Of a DNA stretch of 64,000 nt, positions 50,625 to 63,720 are shown in pieces. Source of the DNA: Macrostomum hystrix (Eukaryota; Animalia; Platyhelminthes). The stretch's first letter is position 1. Each line of letters starts with the position of its first letter. A program made the position numbers and the translations under genes. The notes below the pieces were generated by a model. That model had not been told where the DNA came from, searched no databases, and was given only the letters and a program-made list of their open reading frames with translations. The stretch covers positions 744,001-808,000 of the forward strand of contig CATNEN010000007.1 of the NCBI GenBank assembly GCA_950097015.1. The letters are read 5' to 3'.

Positions 50625-52577
50625 GTACTTAAACATTAGACATGAAAACATCATCAAGATAATATAAAATTCTGCATGCTAGTTAAGCCTGCAAGTAAGC
50701 ATTTAAATCCAAAATAGAATAATTCTAGTATTCAGAGCTCACTGTCTATGGTAAAATCTGTGTCAAAATAGCAAATGTAGTTAAATCAGGGTTTTACTAG
50801 AAACATAATATTACATATTACATTTTATGATATTCTACAATATTTTGTGATACCATTTATTATATCTAGATGCTAGAACATCAGATTTTTTCTAAATTTA
50901 GAGACATCTGCTTATAGGCCTTCTTTTCTTTAAAAAGAAAGTGAAATATACACTTTCAACAAAACAATTATTTATATAATTTAATGTGTATAATACCTAG
51001 CTAATTCATATGGCAACTTGCCAGCAGGATATATAGTATCTCATAAGTCACAATTATTGACTAGTTACACAATACATAAAAGGTGTCATATTGGAGAGTC
51101 CTAGCACTTTTTTTGTCATTTTGCATGTGCTGATTCCTACATATAAAGTAAAAATCTAATAAACACAATTCTGGCATTATATCAATGAACAATTGAACTT
51201 GCACAGCACAACAAATTAGAGTACATAGATGTATGGTATTGACTAGCTAGATAGATTTATAGTTGTCAATCAATGGGTGGTTCTCACAGAGTTGCCACTT
51301 TTAGTGTCCAAAGTGTTTTTTTGCCAATTTTGATTGTTTTTTCATCTATTACTGCAGTATATTATATGAGCTACAGTAAAAAGTGGTTTAAAGCAGTTTT
51401 TAACACTTCATTGACAAATTCATCATTCTTCATTCAAATTCTTCATTCATCACTCATCGGATCTACGCTTTTGAGGGCTGTAGATCCGATGAGTAAAACT
51501 GCTATTAAATGCAAATATTAAGGAATCCATTGGGGCTAGAATAAAGTGCCATATGTCATTAGAGACATCTATGTACCCTTCATAATATGATATAGCATTT
51601 GCGGTTTTACAGAATACACATCCTGAGAATTTTACATTTCCCCAACGTAGATCTGATGAGTCAAACTGCTTACTCAAAAAATATGTTTTTTACATTTTAG
51701 TTTTTTGGTAGTTGAATAGATATAGTATGTAGTGTGCCTATAGTTTTATGAAAGCACATAAATATATATCTCGTTTGCAAGAGGATTTAGCACTAAATAT
51801 GCTACCACTAATTTTTTACTAACAAATTTAGGTCAAGAGGTCTGATGTAGATCCGATGAGTTAAGTTTTGTGAGACACTTATAAAAGCCACAAAGTAAGT
51901 AGATATAGCTGAATTATAATAGAAATTATGTTTCCTAATGCTTATTTTAGTTATATATTGCCATATAAAAGAACAACAACGTCTTGAACAAAAACGCTTT
52001 TGACAAGGGAAAGTCTTAATCTTTGACTAACATGTGTGACACACGGTGCTTTTACAGACTTTCATGATTTCTAGTGATTTAAAAATATGTAAACAAATGG
52101 AATTCATAACAAAGCTTTAGTGCCCCACATAGGGAAACATCGATAGAACACAAATGGTTCAACAGGACAGCTTCAAATTACATTATAAAATATATTTTTT
52201 GAAACTACACGTTTTTTAAGTACTGTAGCAATCCCGTGAGAATCACCCCAATGATAAAAATCTGCAAGAAATGTATTTGGGGGATCTGGGTCTAGGTAAG
52301 AGGGTATATATATATAAGTACATTTGCAGGGCTGCAAATTAGGACAAGCTGGTTAGTAAAGTATTGACTTTTCATACTAGATTTGTTAGAATTGAACATA
52401 TGAAATGAACTGTAAACACAAGAAATTTCTAATAGTAGGCCCTAAAACTTCTTACCCTATCAAGATCCCAAATTAATAGTTCTAAGTGCCATGACTCAAT
52501 ACCAAGGACAACTGCAGTGTCACACATTTTCAGGTTAGACTTAGTGCTTGCTTTTAGACATGGTTTCTATGGTCCCA

Positions 52578-53358
52578 GGTCATTTTGGTGACAGTTATTT
52601 CGGTGACAGAATTGGTCAGTTTGGTGACAACTACTTTTGCACCTAAATATGCTGAGAAAACAGCCTTCCATGTGAACTATGCATACCTATAAAGGATTAT
52701 TGAAAAAGTAATTACGAATTTGTTTTAATCAATGTGCACTGGTGCCAATGGCAGGTCTTCATTTTTTTACTTTCCCATGGTACTTTTAAGTAGTTTGGAT
52801 AGGGGTACTTTCTACTTGAACAAATAGCAAATTAGCTTCGAACAGTTTTTTAAACAGTTAAAGTGGCACTTGTCCCACTTCAGGTGAACTTTCTGTCCAG
52901 AGGAGTGCTGTGCCAAGAGCAATGGCTAGCTTACAGAACAGTGCTGTTGTGGCTTTTTCACTACTGGGCAGAATTTGAGGATAGAAGTCACATGATCCAG
53001 CAGCTGCTTAAAGCCTATGCTCGCTTTGTCAATCCAAAACTTGAAAATTATACACATACACATTATAATATAAATCATATTATACTTATTCAATTAGGAA
53101 TGAATAACTATTGAAACTATTGACTACTCATAAAATAATTTAATCATTTAACTTATTTAAAGTAAAACCCTAACTTAAGCAGAGCAATGCAGCTTGTTAT
53201 TAATAGTTATCATTATTTAATAATAGTTTATAAGTGTGCATAGTTCAAATGGAAGGCTGTTTTTTACATTTAGGTGCAAAAATAGTTATCACCAATCTGA
53301 CTAATTGTGTCACTGAAATGACTTGAGTTGTCACCGAAATGACTGTCACCAAAATGAC
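52578..53358. mobile_element. Unclassified DNA element with ~75-90-bp imperfect terminal inverted repeats
   Basis: The left arm GGTCATTTTGGTGACAGTTATTTCGGTGACAG...TTTGCACCTAA is mirrored at 53270-53358, with internal GGTGACA subrepeats. No TSD recognised. Confidence 0.65.
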
Positions 53359-56300
53359 CATTTCTATAGACATGCCTCTAAGTTATGAGGTTATTGACAT
53401 AGCCACAATGTTCATAAACGAGCAACAACTACATATGAGAGATAAAGCAGGCTCTGTGTTTTAATGCTGAATAGGCCTAGTGGATTATAGGGCACTAACA
53501 TATTTTTGCTTATGTAGACTCAAACTAGTGTTTGCTTGTTGCTTAGATTTTTCTGCTTTAAAGTATATAGGCTTGTTTAATTTAAGTTGTTTAATACAAT
53601 TTAATTTGTTAAACTAATTTAGCAAAGAATAAATTCTTTTCTAATTTTAGCAAAAACAATAGAACAAATAAAAATAAATTGTGCCAATGATGGGACAATA
53701 GATGATGAATAAGTGCATGAAAAAATAGTACAAAGTCAAAGGTAGGCCTACATTGTCTAGGCCTAGCCCTAAACTAAAAGAGCAAAGAAAGTAGCAAGGA
53801 AAAAACCAAACAGAAAAGTTAAATTTTTCGCTTAGGACTAGGCCTCATTTTAATGCTTTGACTTTTAGTTCAAAGTTTTGTTTAAGAAAATACTCTTGAA
53901 ACTAGCTAGCTAGGCTGCTATGGGCCTACTGCAGGCCTCCTGTATAGGCTAGGCCTACATTTGCTGTACCAGAAGCTATATTGCAACAAAGGTTGTTAAA
54001 AGTGGAATGTAGACTTATTGTTATTGCAGAGCTATATAACCAAGTTACAAAAATGTTTCAAATATGCATTTAAAATAATTAAAATAATTTTACACACTTT
54101 TCTACATAACCTATGTTGCTTGCAATTATGTGAGGAGGAATGGAGAACAGTGAGAGGCAATCTTGCAGTTCGCATGTTTAATTATTTTTTATTTCAATTG
54201 TAGACCTACTTGATTTAATTTAATTAATTATTGACCTTTGAAGGCACATGGGCCCATGTCAAGGTCAGACTGCGGTCCATGCATAGAACATCAAAGGCAC
54301 TATTCAAAACACACCTAGAAGAGTTTCTCGACTCTGGTGCTGGTGCTTCCAGCAGAAGATCTTCGGGAATCTTCTATTCTGGGTGGCTCACTACTACCCC
54401 GTGTAATTGGTGTAGCTTTGCTAGTCTCTGACTCTGACTCTGAGGTTTCCAGCATGTGTCTGACTGTCTCTTGTTGTTTACTGTTGCATTGCATTGCATT
54501 CCGTTGTCTTTATGTTGCTGTCTGAAACTATTTAAAATTGAAAACAATTAGGCCTCAATGTGCGGAAACTGCAAGATTAGGCTTACCTAGTGAGAAACGT
54601 TAGAAACCATTGATTTTACATTGAAGTCATTTTTTTAAATAAAATAAAATACATCATTTCTTGGTTACTTAAGATGAAATGCATTTTAAGTAATGTATGA
54701 TTCCTTTCATATTAACCTTGATTAACTCTTTCTTTACATAGCTTGGCCCTACTTTTCTAACTACTTTTAACATCACACAATAAATATGAATACAGAGGCA
54801 GGGCTAATAGATTCAAACAGCAAATTCAGTTCAGTTCCAGTGTTCTGATATTGGCCCTATCAGCAAATCAGTAAGATTCGTGCAAGATTCAATCGTACAG
54901 TCAACGCTAAAGACACAGACAGAAACAAATTATAAAGCTTTAACTCTTGTGCCCAATAGATGGTCTTATCAACACCCACAAAATTGTTTTATCGAACACG
55001 CACTTAAGAGTAGGGCCTATACGGAGTAGTAAATAAGGATATATACTTATACGTTCAAATAACATTTTACTCTAGAAAAACAATCCAGCCACATAAAATC
55101 TTTTTTAAAGTACACTACCTTGTTAAAACGCTCGTTTTCAAATTTTCGAAGAAAGGCATGCTTGTTCTAAATTGCCGTAGTCGTCGTGACGTCGTCGAAG
55201 TCTCGAAGTTCACCATTGATTTTTCGCTTTTCGCTATCGTTTTTAGCATGATCATGCTTTCTGTGGGTTCACCTAGACGTTGTACTGGAACATATTTATA
55301 TGCGACTTCTAAATAAAATATAATAATATACTAAAACTAGATAGGACCTATGACGCTATGTAGACATAATGGAATTTATTGGGTTGCTGCCAGGATTTTA
55401 TATTTATTTATAAATAAGGACTTATTTATAATAAAAAAATTAAATGTTGTTTAGCAACTAGAAAAAATCATATCATCAAATCATAGTCGATTTATATGCA
55501 TGTCTTACCTATTAGTATTACTGTTTTAAGGTGGCCTCCTGGAAATATTTGTGCTCCACACTGTTACTGTGTTACTTGAGTAGGCCTACTTTATAAAAAC
55601 AATTCTCTATCTAATGCATTAAAAGCGTTAGCTACTTGAACTATACTTAATGGTGACAATTTATATATAGCTTGACATAACTATTTTACAGTACATAAGT
55701 CAATGCACAGCTAGGCCTACTGTATTGGACAATGCCATAAAGTAGTGTGCATATACAAATAGGCCTACCAAATTTTTTTTCATAGTGTAAAGTGCTTTAC
55801 ACTTATAAAATTTAACACAATTAAGTAATTTAAATTCTCACGAAAGTGAATTTTTGCCAAAATAGTTGTCTCTAAAGTGTTTTTTGCATAAATTAGGGGC
55901 TATAATAAAAAATAAAATACAATTCCATACTTTTGGTTTTCTTGTGTTACAGATCTTGCTTGTCTGAGTTGAAAGACACCTCACTCATCAAATTGGTTAA
56001 GTAATCAAAAAGTTATAGCACTTTTTTGATCAACATTTTAGTTGTTTTCGTAATGAATTTTTCTCATAAGGGGCCATGATCCAGATGGCCAGATAGATTT
56101 GACTTGGAAAACAAAAAAATAGCAATAACTTTTTTTATGTTTTAATGGATTTTAAAAATTCCAAAAGCATATAGTTCATTTTTTTCATTTCATCTACACC
56201 ATAGAATATATACATCTTCTATTAACACTCAGTATTAAAGTATTAAATTTAGATTTTATATTGAGTAGGATTACTATGCTGACAAGACATGTTTTTTTGT

Positions 56301-58121
56301 TTACAATATAAAACTCTTTTGACTTTGAAGAAGTGGCAAAGCCATACCTATTCCATAGGTTAACAAATAGACGTTGCATAGACATGAATTTACTATTTAC
56401 AGTCAATTTCAAAAGCCATCTGAAATGTGTAAAGGGGGTACATTAGAGAAACATGTTTCCAGGAGATTCCACTAAAGGAAAATAAAAAGGTTTGAGTAGG
56501 CCCTATATCATATTCTACATAAAATTCTATGTAAAATTTTAATGGGATACACTTGCAAAAACACTATAAACAATGATTGAAAAAAAGAAAAAAAAATTCC
56601 AACCAAAAAATTTGCAAAGTAAAAAAACTGTCTTTTACTAAAAAAAGAATTGTTAATGTAGATTTTTATATCCTTTTTCTTAATTTTTAACTGTTTATTT
56701 CAGTATCAATGCATTAGAAAAAATTTTTATTTCTATGTAAGGTAGTTTTTTTCTAAATTTTGATCACACAGAGAATACTTAAAAAAAATAACAAACTTTA
56801 GCACTGTATAACTTTTTTGTTTTTGCACTAATTGTAGCTTATAAACACTTGTTGTAAAGCAAATTTTATCTTCTTTCTATTGACAGTATGCTTATTTCTC
56901 TTAACATAAATTTGTTTTTTTCATCAGAACATAGCATTGTTTTTTATCTTTTTTTCATTTTTTTCATTTTTTTGCTCACTTAAGTCCCTATAAGTGGACC
57001 AATTTGTGTCATCACACACTAAGAGTAATTGTACTACTTTTAATAGTTAAAGGCTTAATACAACTAATATTGCTTTTGGTTAAAAGGCCTACATTTTAGT
57101 CATCTGGGTATGGATATTTTATGTTTTAAGTTTTTTGTTTAGTAGTGGATTTTGATTTAGAAGTTTGTATGCCTTTTGGTTTTTAATTTAGAATTATTAA
57201 TGATAAAAAAGTTATACAAAAACCTGGTAAGCTGGTAAAAAACTCATAATTGCTAATTAAATATTTTTTCCAGCATGGATTTTCATGCTTTTGTATAGTT
57301 TTACTCTAAGCATGCATTCGAAAGTAAAATTTCAGTCATTGAAACACCGCATACATTTGCACATGGCATTCTGATTTAGTTTATTGTATATCTTGCTGTG
57401 ACATAGAAAATGTAGTGAAAATGATTTATTCAGCTGTGTTACCACAATGTACCAAAATGCCCTGTAGTATAGCTAGTGATTTAATGAATGGATACATAAT
57501 AAATATATGGGTGGTTTTAAATGATGTGTAAAAGAACCAAAAGCCATAAAAATGTTTCAACTATGGCACTATATGTAGCCATTTGGGTAATGGGGTTTAA
57601 TGTTGTTATAGGCTTTGGGTATTTAAGGGTATGATAAAATAGTTTAATTCATATATCTGTGCAGTTTGATTTGTAAAATATATATTATTTGGACTTTATG
57701 CCTATGAAATGTATAATGGGACAAATAATACACCCAAAAAAATGCTGAGTGTCAATTTTGTTCAAAATTTGTTGCATGTTTGTTTTTTATTCTAAGGAAT
57801 TTCTATCACCATGTCATAGCATCATATTTAAATGTTGTTTCTCCACAAACCCAAGCCAATTATGCATAATTGAGCATAATTGCTTTTCCTACAATAGTAA
57901 ATTTTTAATGCAGCCTCTAAGAAGCCTGTACTTTAATTTTCCCATGCCTTTGCTTGAGTTTCTTGTCAAATGCAAAAAATCCGACTTTTTTCAGGCCATA
58001 CAAAGTTATTCAACTTGCTGAAATTTGAAAAAATAGCGTTTTGCTATAGTGGCTACTTATCAGTAGTTTGGTTAGAAGGATAGATTATAAATTTCAACAG
58101 AGAAGATCACCAAAACACAGC

Positions 58122-59496
58122 ATGGAGGATGAATACGAGTCCCTGCTGCCAGACAGCACACCTGGCCAGCACATGGTGGCTGGAGCATGCGCCGGCGTTA
58201 TGGAACACACCATCGTATATCCCGTCGATTGTGTCAAAACCAGATTGCAGTGCCTCCGACCCTTGGAGGGCGCCCGCTACACAGGCCTATTGGACGGCCT
58301 TCGCACCCTGGTACAGACTGAAGGCGTTGGCAGATCTTTGCGTGGAATTGGCGCAGTTGTAGCCGGCGCCGGGCCCGCCCACGCAATGTACTTTTCCTGC
58401 TACGAACAGGTGAAGCGCAGCCTCCTGGACTTGGGCTGGAATGAGCGGGCCAGTTATGTGGTGAGCGCTGTCGGCGCCACTTTGCTTCACGACGCTATAA
58501 TGACACCCGCTGATGGTGAGTTGTATTTTGCTATCCTTCGAAATCTTGATAGAGGTTTGGCTTTAAAAATCTTCTCAAATCCTCAAATTGGGTTGAGTTT
58601 AGTACCTTCTGAAAATCCTCAAACTGGGTTGAGTGAAAATCTTCTCAAATCCTCAAATTGAGTTGAGTTAAAATCTTCTCAAATCCTCAAATTGAGTTGA
58701 GTTAAAATCTTCTCAAATCCTCAAATTGAGTTGAGTTAAAATCTTTTTAAATCCTCAAATTGAGTTGAGTTAAAATCTTCTCAAATCCTCAAATCGGCCT
58801 GAGTTCCTAACACTTCAAATCTCTTGAGGCATTTGAGTATCGAATTAATTTTCATCTGGCATCGGTAATAAATACACTTCAAATTTCTGATGCAATCAAT
58901 CATTCTCCCTCTCTTTGCCAGCCGTGAAGCAGCGAGTTCAGATGTTTCGCTCGCCATACTCCGGCTGTGTGGACTGTCTCCGCTCTGTGCTCCGATCCGA
59001 AGGCGTGTCGGCACTGTACAGAGCCTACGGCACCCAGCTGAGCATGAACATACCGTTCCACATGGTCCATTTTAGTGCCTACGAGTTGGGCCAGGATTTG
59101 TTGAATCCGGAGCGCGACTACGCGCCCCTCACTCACGTGATTAGCGGCGCATTGGCCGGGGGAGCGGCCGCCGCTTGCACCAACCCGTTGGACGTCTGCA
59201 AGACTCTGTTAAACACACAGGAGCGTTGCGCTTTGCAAGCCGCGTCGTCGCCTAGCAACGAACTGGCCGCGCCAGCTAGTCGCGGCCGGGTGATCATCGA
59301 TTCGTTTTTCTCCGCCGCCAGAACTGTACACCGTCTTGAAGGCTTCGGTGGATTCTTTCGCGGCCTGCAGGCCAGGGTGGTGTTTCAGATGCCTGGCACC
59401 GCTATCTCTTGGTCAGTGTACGAGACTTTCAAATGGTATCTAAGGCGCAGGTCTGCTTTAACTAATCAGCAACAGCAGCGGCAGCACGAGCAGTAG
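58122..59496 (+). CDS. SLC25A37: Mitoferrin (mitochondrial iron carrier, SLC25A37/28), ~322 aa, 2 exons
   Basis: Exons 58122-58515 and 58922-59496 (phase 1). EDEYESL...HMVAGACAGVMEHTIVYPVDCVKTRLQ, GAGPAHAMYFSCYE, TLLHDAIMTPAD|AVKQR, YGTQLSMNIPF and TNPLDVCKTLLNTQE show three carrier repeats. Confidence 0.95.
58565..58795. repeat. Intronic minisatellite, 34-bp unit AAAATCTTCTCAAATCCTCAAATTGAGTTGAGTT
   Basis: About 6 copies in the mitoferrin intron. Confidence 0.9.
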
Positions 59497-59699
59497 ACTA
59501 GCTACTTCCGTTTTTGTTGTGTCTTTTGTGCCAATTCAAGTTGATCTTGTTTGAATTGTAGATGCTATTTAATAATTGTTTCCAATTTTTATGAAATTTC
59601 GAACTTTATGGTTCAGATTATCAACTTCGGGTTTTAAGTGAGTTTTTATTTTTAGGTATCGCACGAATAATGTTTTGATGTTTGGGTATCGCACGAAAG

Positions 59700-60420
59700 A
59701 TTTTTTATGATTTATATTGTACGAGTGAGAATTTGATGTTGGGGTATCGTACGAGTGAGACTTTGATGTTGGGGTATCGTACGAGTGAGACTTTGATGTT
59801 GGGGTATCGTACGAGTGAGACTTTGATGTTGGGGTATCGTATGAGTGGGATTTCGATGTTTGGGTATCGTACGAGTGAGACTTTGATGTTGGGGTATCGT
59901 GCGAGTGAGACTTTGATGTTGGGGTATCGTACGAGTGAGACTTTGATGTTGGGGTATCGTACGAGTGAGACTTTGATGTTGGGGTATCGTACGAGTGGGA
60001 TTTAGATGTTGGGGTATCGTACGAGTGAGACTTTGATGTTGGGGTATCGTACGAGTGAGACTTTGATGTTGGGGTATCGTACGAGTGGGATTTAGATGTT
60101 GGGGTATCGTACGAGTGAGACTTTGATGTTGGGGTATCGTACGAGTGAGACTTTGATGTTGGGGTATCGTACGAGTGAGATTTCGATGTTGGGGTATCGT
60201 ACGAGTGAGACTTTGATGTTGGGGTATCGTACGAGTGAGATTTCGATGTTGGGGTATCGTACGAGTGGGATTTCGATGTTGGAGTATCGTACGAGTGGGA
60301 TTTAGATGTTTGGGTATCGTACGAGTGAGACTTTGATGTTGGGGTATCGTACCAGTAGGATTTCGATGTTGGTGTATCGTACGAGTGAGACTTTGATGTT
60401 GGGGTATCGTACGATGGGAT
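59700..60420. repeat. Minisatellite, 30-bp unit GTACGAGTGAGACTTTGATGTTGGGGTATC (~24 copies)
   Basis: Direct tandem periodicity. Confidence 0.96.
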
Positions 60421-61194
60421 TTTGATGTGTTGGTATCGTACGAGGGAGGGGTTATAGATTTTTTACTTTTATTAATCTTATGCAGAAACTTAATGCATAG
60501 AATATTATAGATTATATATAAAAAAAATATTTCTCCTTCCCTTTAAAACTATGAGGCCCTTTGTTGTTGAAATACTTGAAACATTTACAAATTAGTTCGT
60601 TGTGCTTGAAACTAGCTTTAATAAGTAAATATATTTCAGCTGCAATATTGAATTAAGCTCATTATTTAATAATCTATTTGATTCATTATGCAACACTTTT
60701 TTAGACGAATGGTTTTGTACTTTGAATATAATTATGTACACTGATTGATCCCATAGTGAATATATTTCCTTTCTATTTTAGTTCTTCCACTTGCTGCAAC
60801 TCCGGCCCGTGCTAACTATAAATAAACAGACTAGCTGGCAGTAGAATTTCCTATCCAAGACTTGAAACTGTGTGCCCGTTTGTATTTAAGCTATATACTA
60901 CTGATACTGAAATAAGTAGCGAGTAGTGCGTCAGCCAGTTGTCTATTTTTTGTTCGTTTTTTTTGTTTGTTTTTTGGTTGTACCGTGTTTAATTGGCGCT
61001 CCTAATGATACTGTATGCGTTGTGTCTGTTTCAAATCTATTTGCATTCTTTATTTTATCTGTCTGACCAATTTACTTTTAGCAGTTTCGCCATTTTAGTT
61101 TCATTTGTACCTTAGTGTTGATTTTGAAGCACAAGTTCTCTAACTTTTTTAGTACAATAATCTTTCGATTCGACATGTATTAAAAGAAACATCA

Positions 61195-61645
61195 ATTTTG
61201 GGATTTCCTAAGTTGTCCCTTTAAGGAACAAGTTGTCTTTTAAAGGAATTCCCAAGTTGTCCCTTTGGGGAATTCCCAAGTTGTCTTTTTAAGGAATTCA
61301 CAAGTTGTCCCTTAGGTGAATTCCTAAGTTGTCTTTTTAAGGAATTCACAAGTTGTCCCTTAGGTGAATTCCCAGATTGTCCCTTAGGGCAATTCCAAAG
61401 TAGTCCCTTAGGGGAATTCCAAAGTTGTCTTTTTAAGGAATTCACAAGTTGTCACTTAGGGCAATTCCCAAGTTGTCCCTTAGGGGAATTCCCAAGTAGT
61501 CCCTTAGGGGAATTCCTAAGTAGTCCCTTAGGGGAATTCCCAAGTTGTCTTTTTAAGGAATTCACAAGTAGTCCCTTAGGGCAATTCCCAAATAGTCCTT
61601 TAGGGGAATTCCCAAGTTGCCCCTAGGGGAATTCCCAAGTTTTCC
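61195..61645. repeat. Minisatellite, ~24-bp unit GGGGAATTCCCAAGTAGTCCCTTA
   Basis: Direct tandem periodicity with internal palindromes. Confidence 0.92.
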
Positions 61646-62324
61646 CTTGGTATAGACATGTCTAGAGATTTAGAGATGGTCACTAGTTATCATTTTTGGG
61701 ATTTCTCTCGCTTGTTTTGAAAATTTTCTAGTTGTCCCTATCCCGTTCGGAAATTCCCAATTTGTCAGTTTCTATCAAGATTCTCCTAGCATCAGAACCC
61801 GCGCTAAACATACTACTTATCTACATCTATGCTAGTGTGTACACCAGCTGTAGCTCAGTGTTAATGCTAAGCCCATTGTGCATTGGTTACACATTTTTTG
61901 TTTATTTAGTTCATATTTCACTTACCAATTTTGAGAGCTTCTATCCAGTAATTTTATGTCGACAAATGTCGCGCGTTTCTGTTAACTTGATCGATTCAAT
62001 GTAACTATGTTCCCGGAGCTATCAATCATGGCCTGTGACAATTTGTCAATTGCAGTTAATAAAAGATGCGCGCTGATAAACTGAGAGAATATCTTCTATG
62101 AAGTAGATTACTGGAACACATTGTTAAACCAGTGTATTCAGAGACATCGAACTTTGGAAGCATCGACAAATTATTGTTTTGTAAAAACTGCGTTCTTTGT
62201 GCTTCAACTCGTTTTTTTGCTGAGATTCTGCATCTTCAATAAAAATTTGTGCTTCTTGGTAAGCTGTGGTCTGATAGGACCCAGAAACTAGGACTTTTGG
62301 GTGGGCTCTAGGAGTTTTGAGTAG

Positions 62325-63720
62325 TCAGTAGTAGTTTCTGGGTAGGCAGTGGGTTTCTGGGTAGGCGGTAGAAGTTTCTGGGTAGGCTGTGGGTTTCTGG
62401 GTAGGCAGTGGGTTTCTGGGTAGGCGGTAGTAGTTTCTGAATAGGCAGTGGGTTTCTGGGTAGGCGGTAGTAGTTTCTGAATAGGAAGTGGGTTTCTGGG
62501 TAGGCGGTAGCAGTTTCTGGGTAGGCAGTGGGTTTCTGGGTAGGCAGTGCGTTTCTGGGTAGGCAGTGGGTTTCTGGGTAGGCGGTAGTAGTTTCTGGGT
62601 AGGCTGTGGGTTTCTGGGTAGGCAGTGGGTTTCTGGGTAGGCGGTAGTAGTTTCTGAATAGGCAGTGGGTTTCTGGGTAGGCGGTAGTAGTTTCTGAATA
62701 GGAAGTGGGTTTCTGGGTAGGCGGTAGCAGTTTCTGGGTAGGCAGTGGGTTTCTGGGTAGGCAGTGCGTTTCTGGGTAGGCAGTGGGTTTCTGGGTAGGC
62801 AGTGGGTTTCTGGGTAGGCGGTAGTAGTTTCTGGGTAGGCAGTGGGTTTCTGGGTAGGCGGTAGAAGTTTCTGGGTAGGCTGTGGGTTTCTGGGTAGGCA
62901 GTGGGTTTCCGGGTAGGCGGTAGTAGTTTCTGAATAGGCAGTGGGTTTCTGGGTAGGCGTTAGTAGTTTCTGAATAGGAAGTGGGTTTCTGGGTAGGCGG
63001 TAGCAGTTTCTGGGTAGGCAGTGGGTTTCTGGGTAGGCAGTGGGTTTCTGGGTAGGCAGTGGGTTTCTGGGTAGGCTGTGGGTTTCTGGGTAGGCAGTGG
63101 GTTTCTGGGTAGGCAGTGGGTTTCTGGGTAGGCGGTAGCAGTTTCTGAATAGGCAGTGGGTTTCTGGGTAGGCGGTAGCAGTTTCTGAATAGGCAGTGGG
63201 TTTCTGGGTAGGCGGTAGTAGTTTCTGAATAGGCAGTGGGTTTCTGGGTAGGCGGTAGTAGTTTCTGAATAGGCAGTGGGTTTCTGGGTAGGCAGTAGTA
63301 GTTTCTGAATAGGCAGTGGGTTTCTGGGTAGGCGGTAGCAGTTTCTGGGTAGGCTGTGGGTTTCTGGGTAGGCAGAAGTAGTTTCTGAATAGGCAGTGGG
63401 TTTCTGGGTAGGCTGTGGGTTTCTGGGTAGGCGGTATTAGTTTCTGGGTAGGCGGTAGTAGTTTCTGGGTAGGCGGTAGTAGTTTCTGGGTAGGCGGTAG
63501 TAGTTTTGGGTAGGCGGTAGTAGTTTCTGGGTAGGCGGTAGTAGTTTTGGGTAGGCTGTGGGTTTCTGGGTAGGCTGTGGGTTTCTGGGTAGGCTGTGGG
63601 TTTCTGGGTAGGCTGTGGGTTTCTGGGTAGGCTGTGGGTTTCTGGGTAGGCTGTGGGTTTCTGGGTAGGCTGTGGGTTTCTGGGTAGGCTGTGGGTTTCT
63701 GGGTAGGCAGTTGTAGTTTC
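62325..63720. repeat. G-rich minisatellite, interspersed 19-bp (GGGTTTCTGGGTAGGCAGT) and 21-bp (TTCTGGGTAGGCGGTAGTAGT) units
   Basis: Direct tandem periodicity; explains the 501-aa ORF. Confidence 0.96.

Noticed and set aside
51645-51680. Hammerhead ribozyme (CTGATGAG...CTC)
   Set aside because: The required GAAA reads AAAA, and stems I and III with an NUH cleavage site are not formed.
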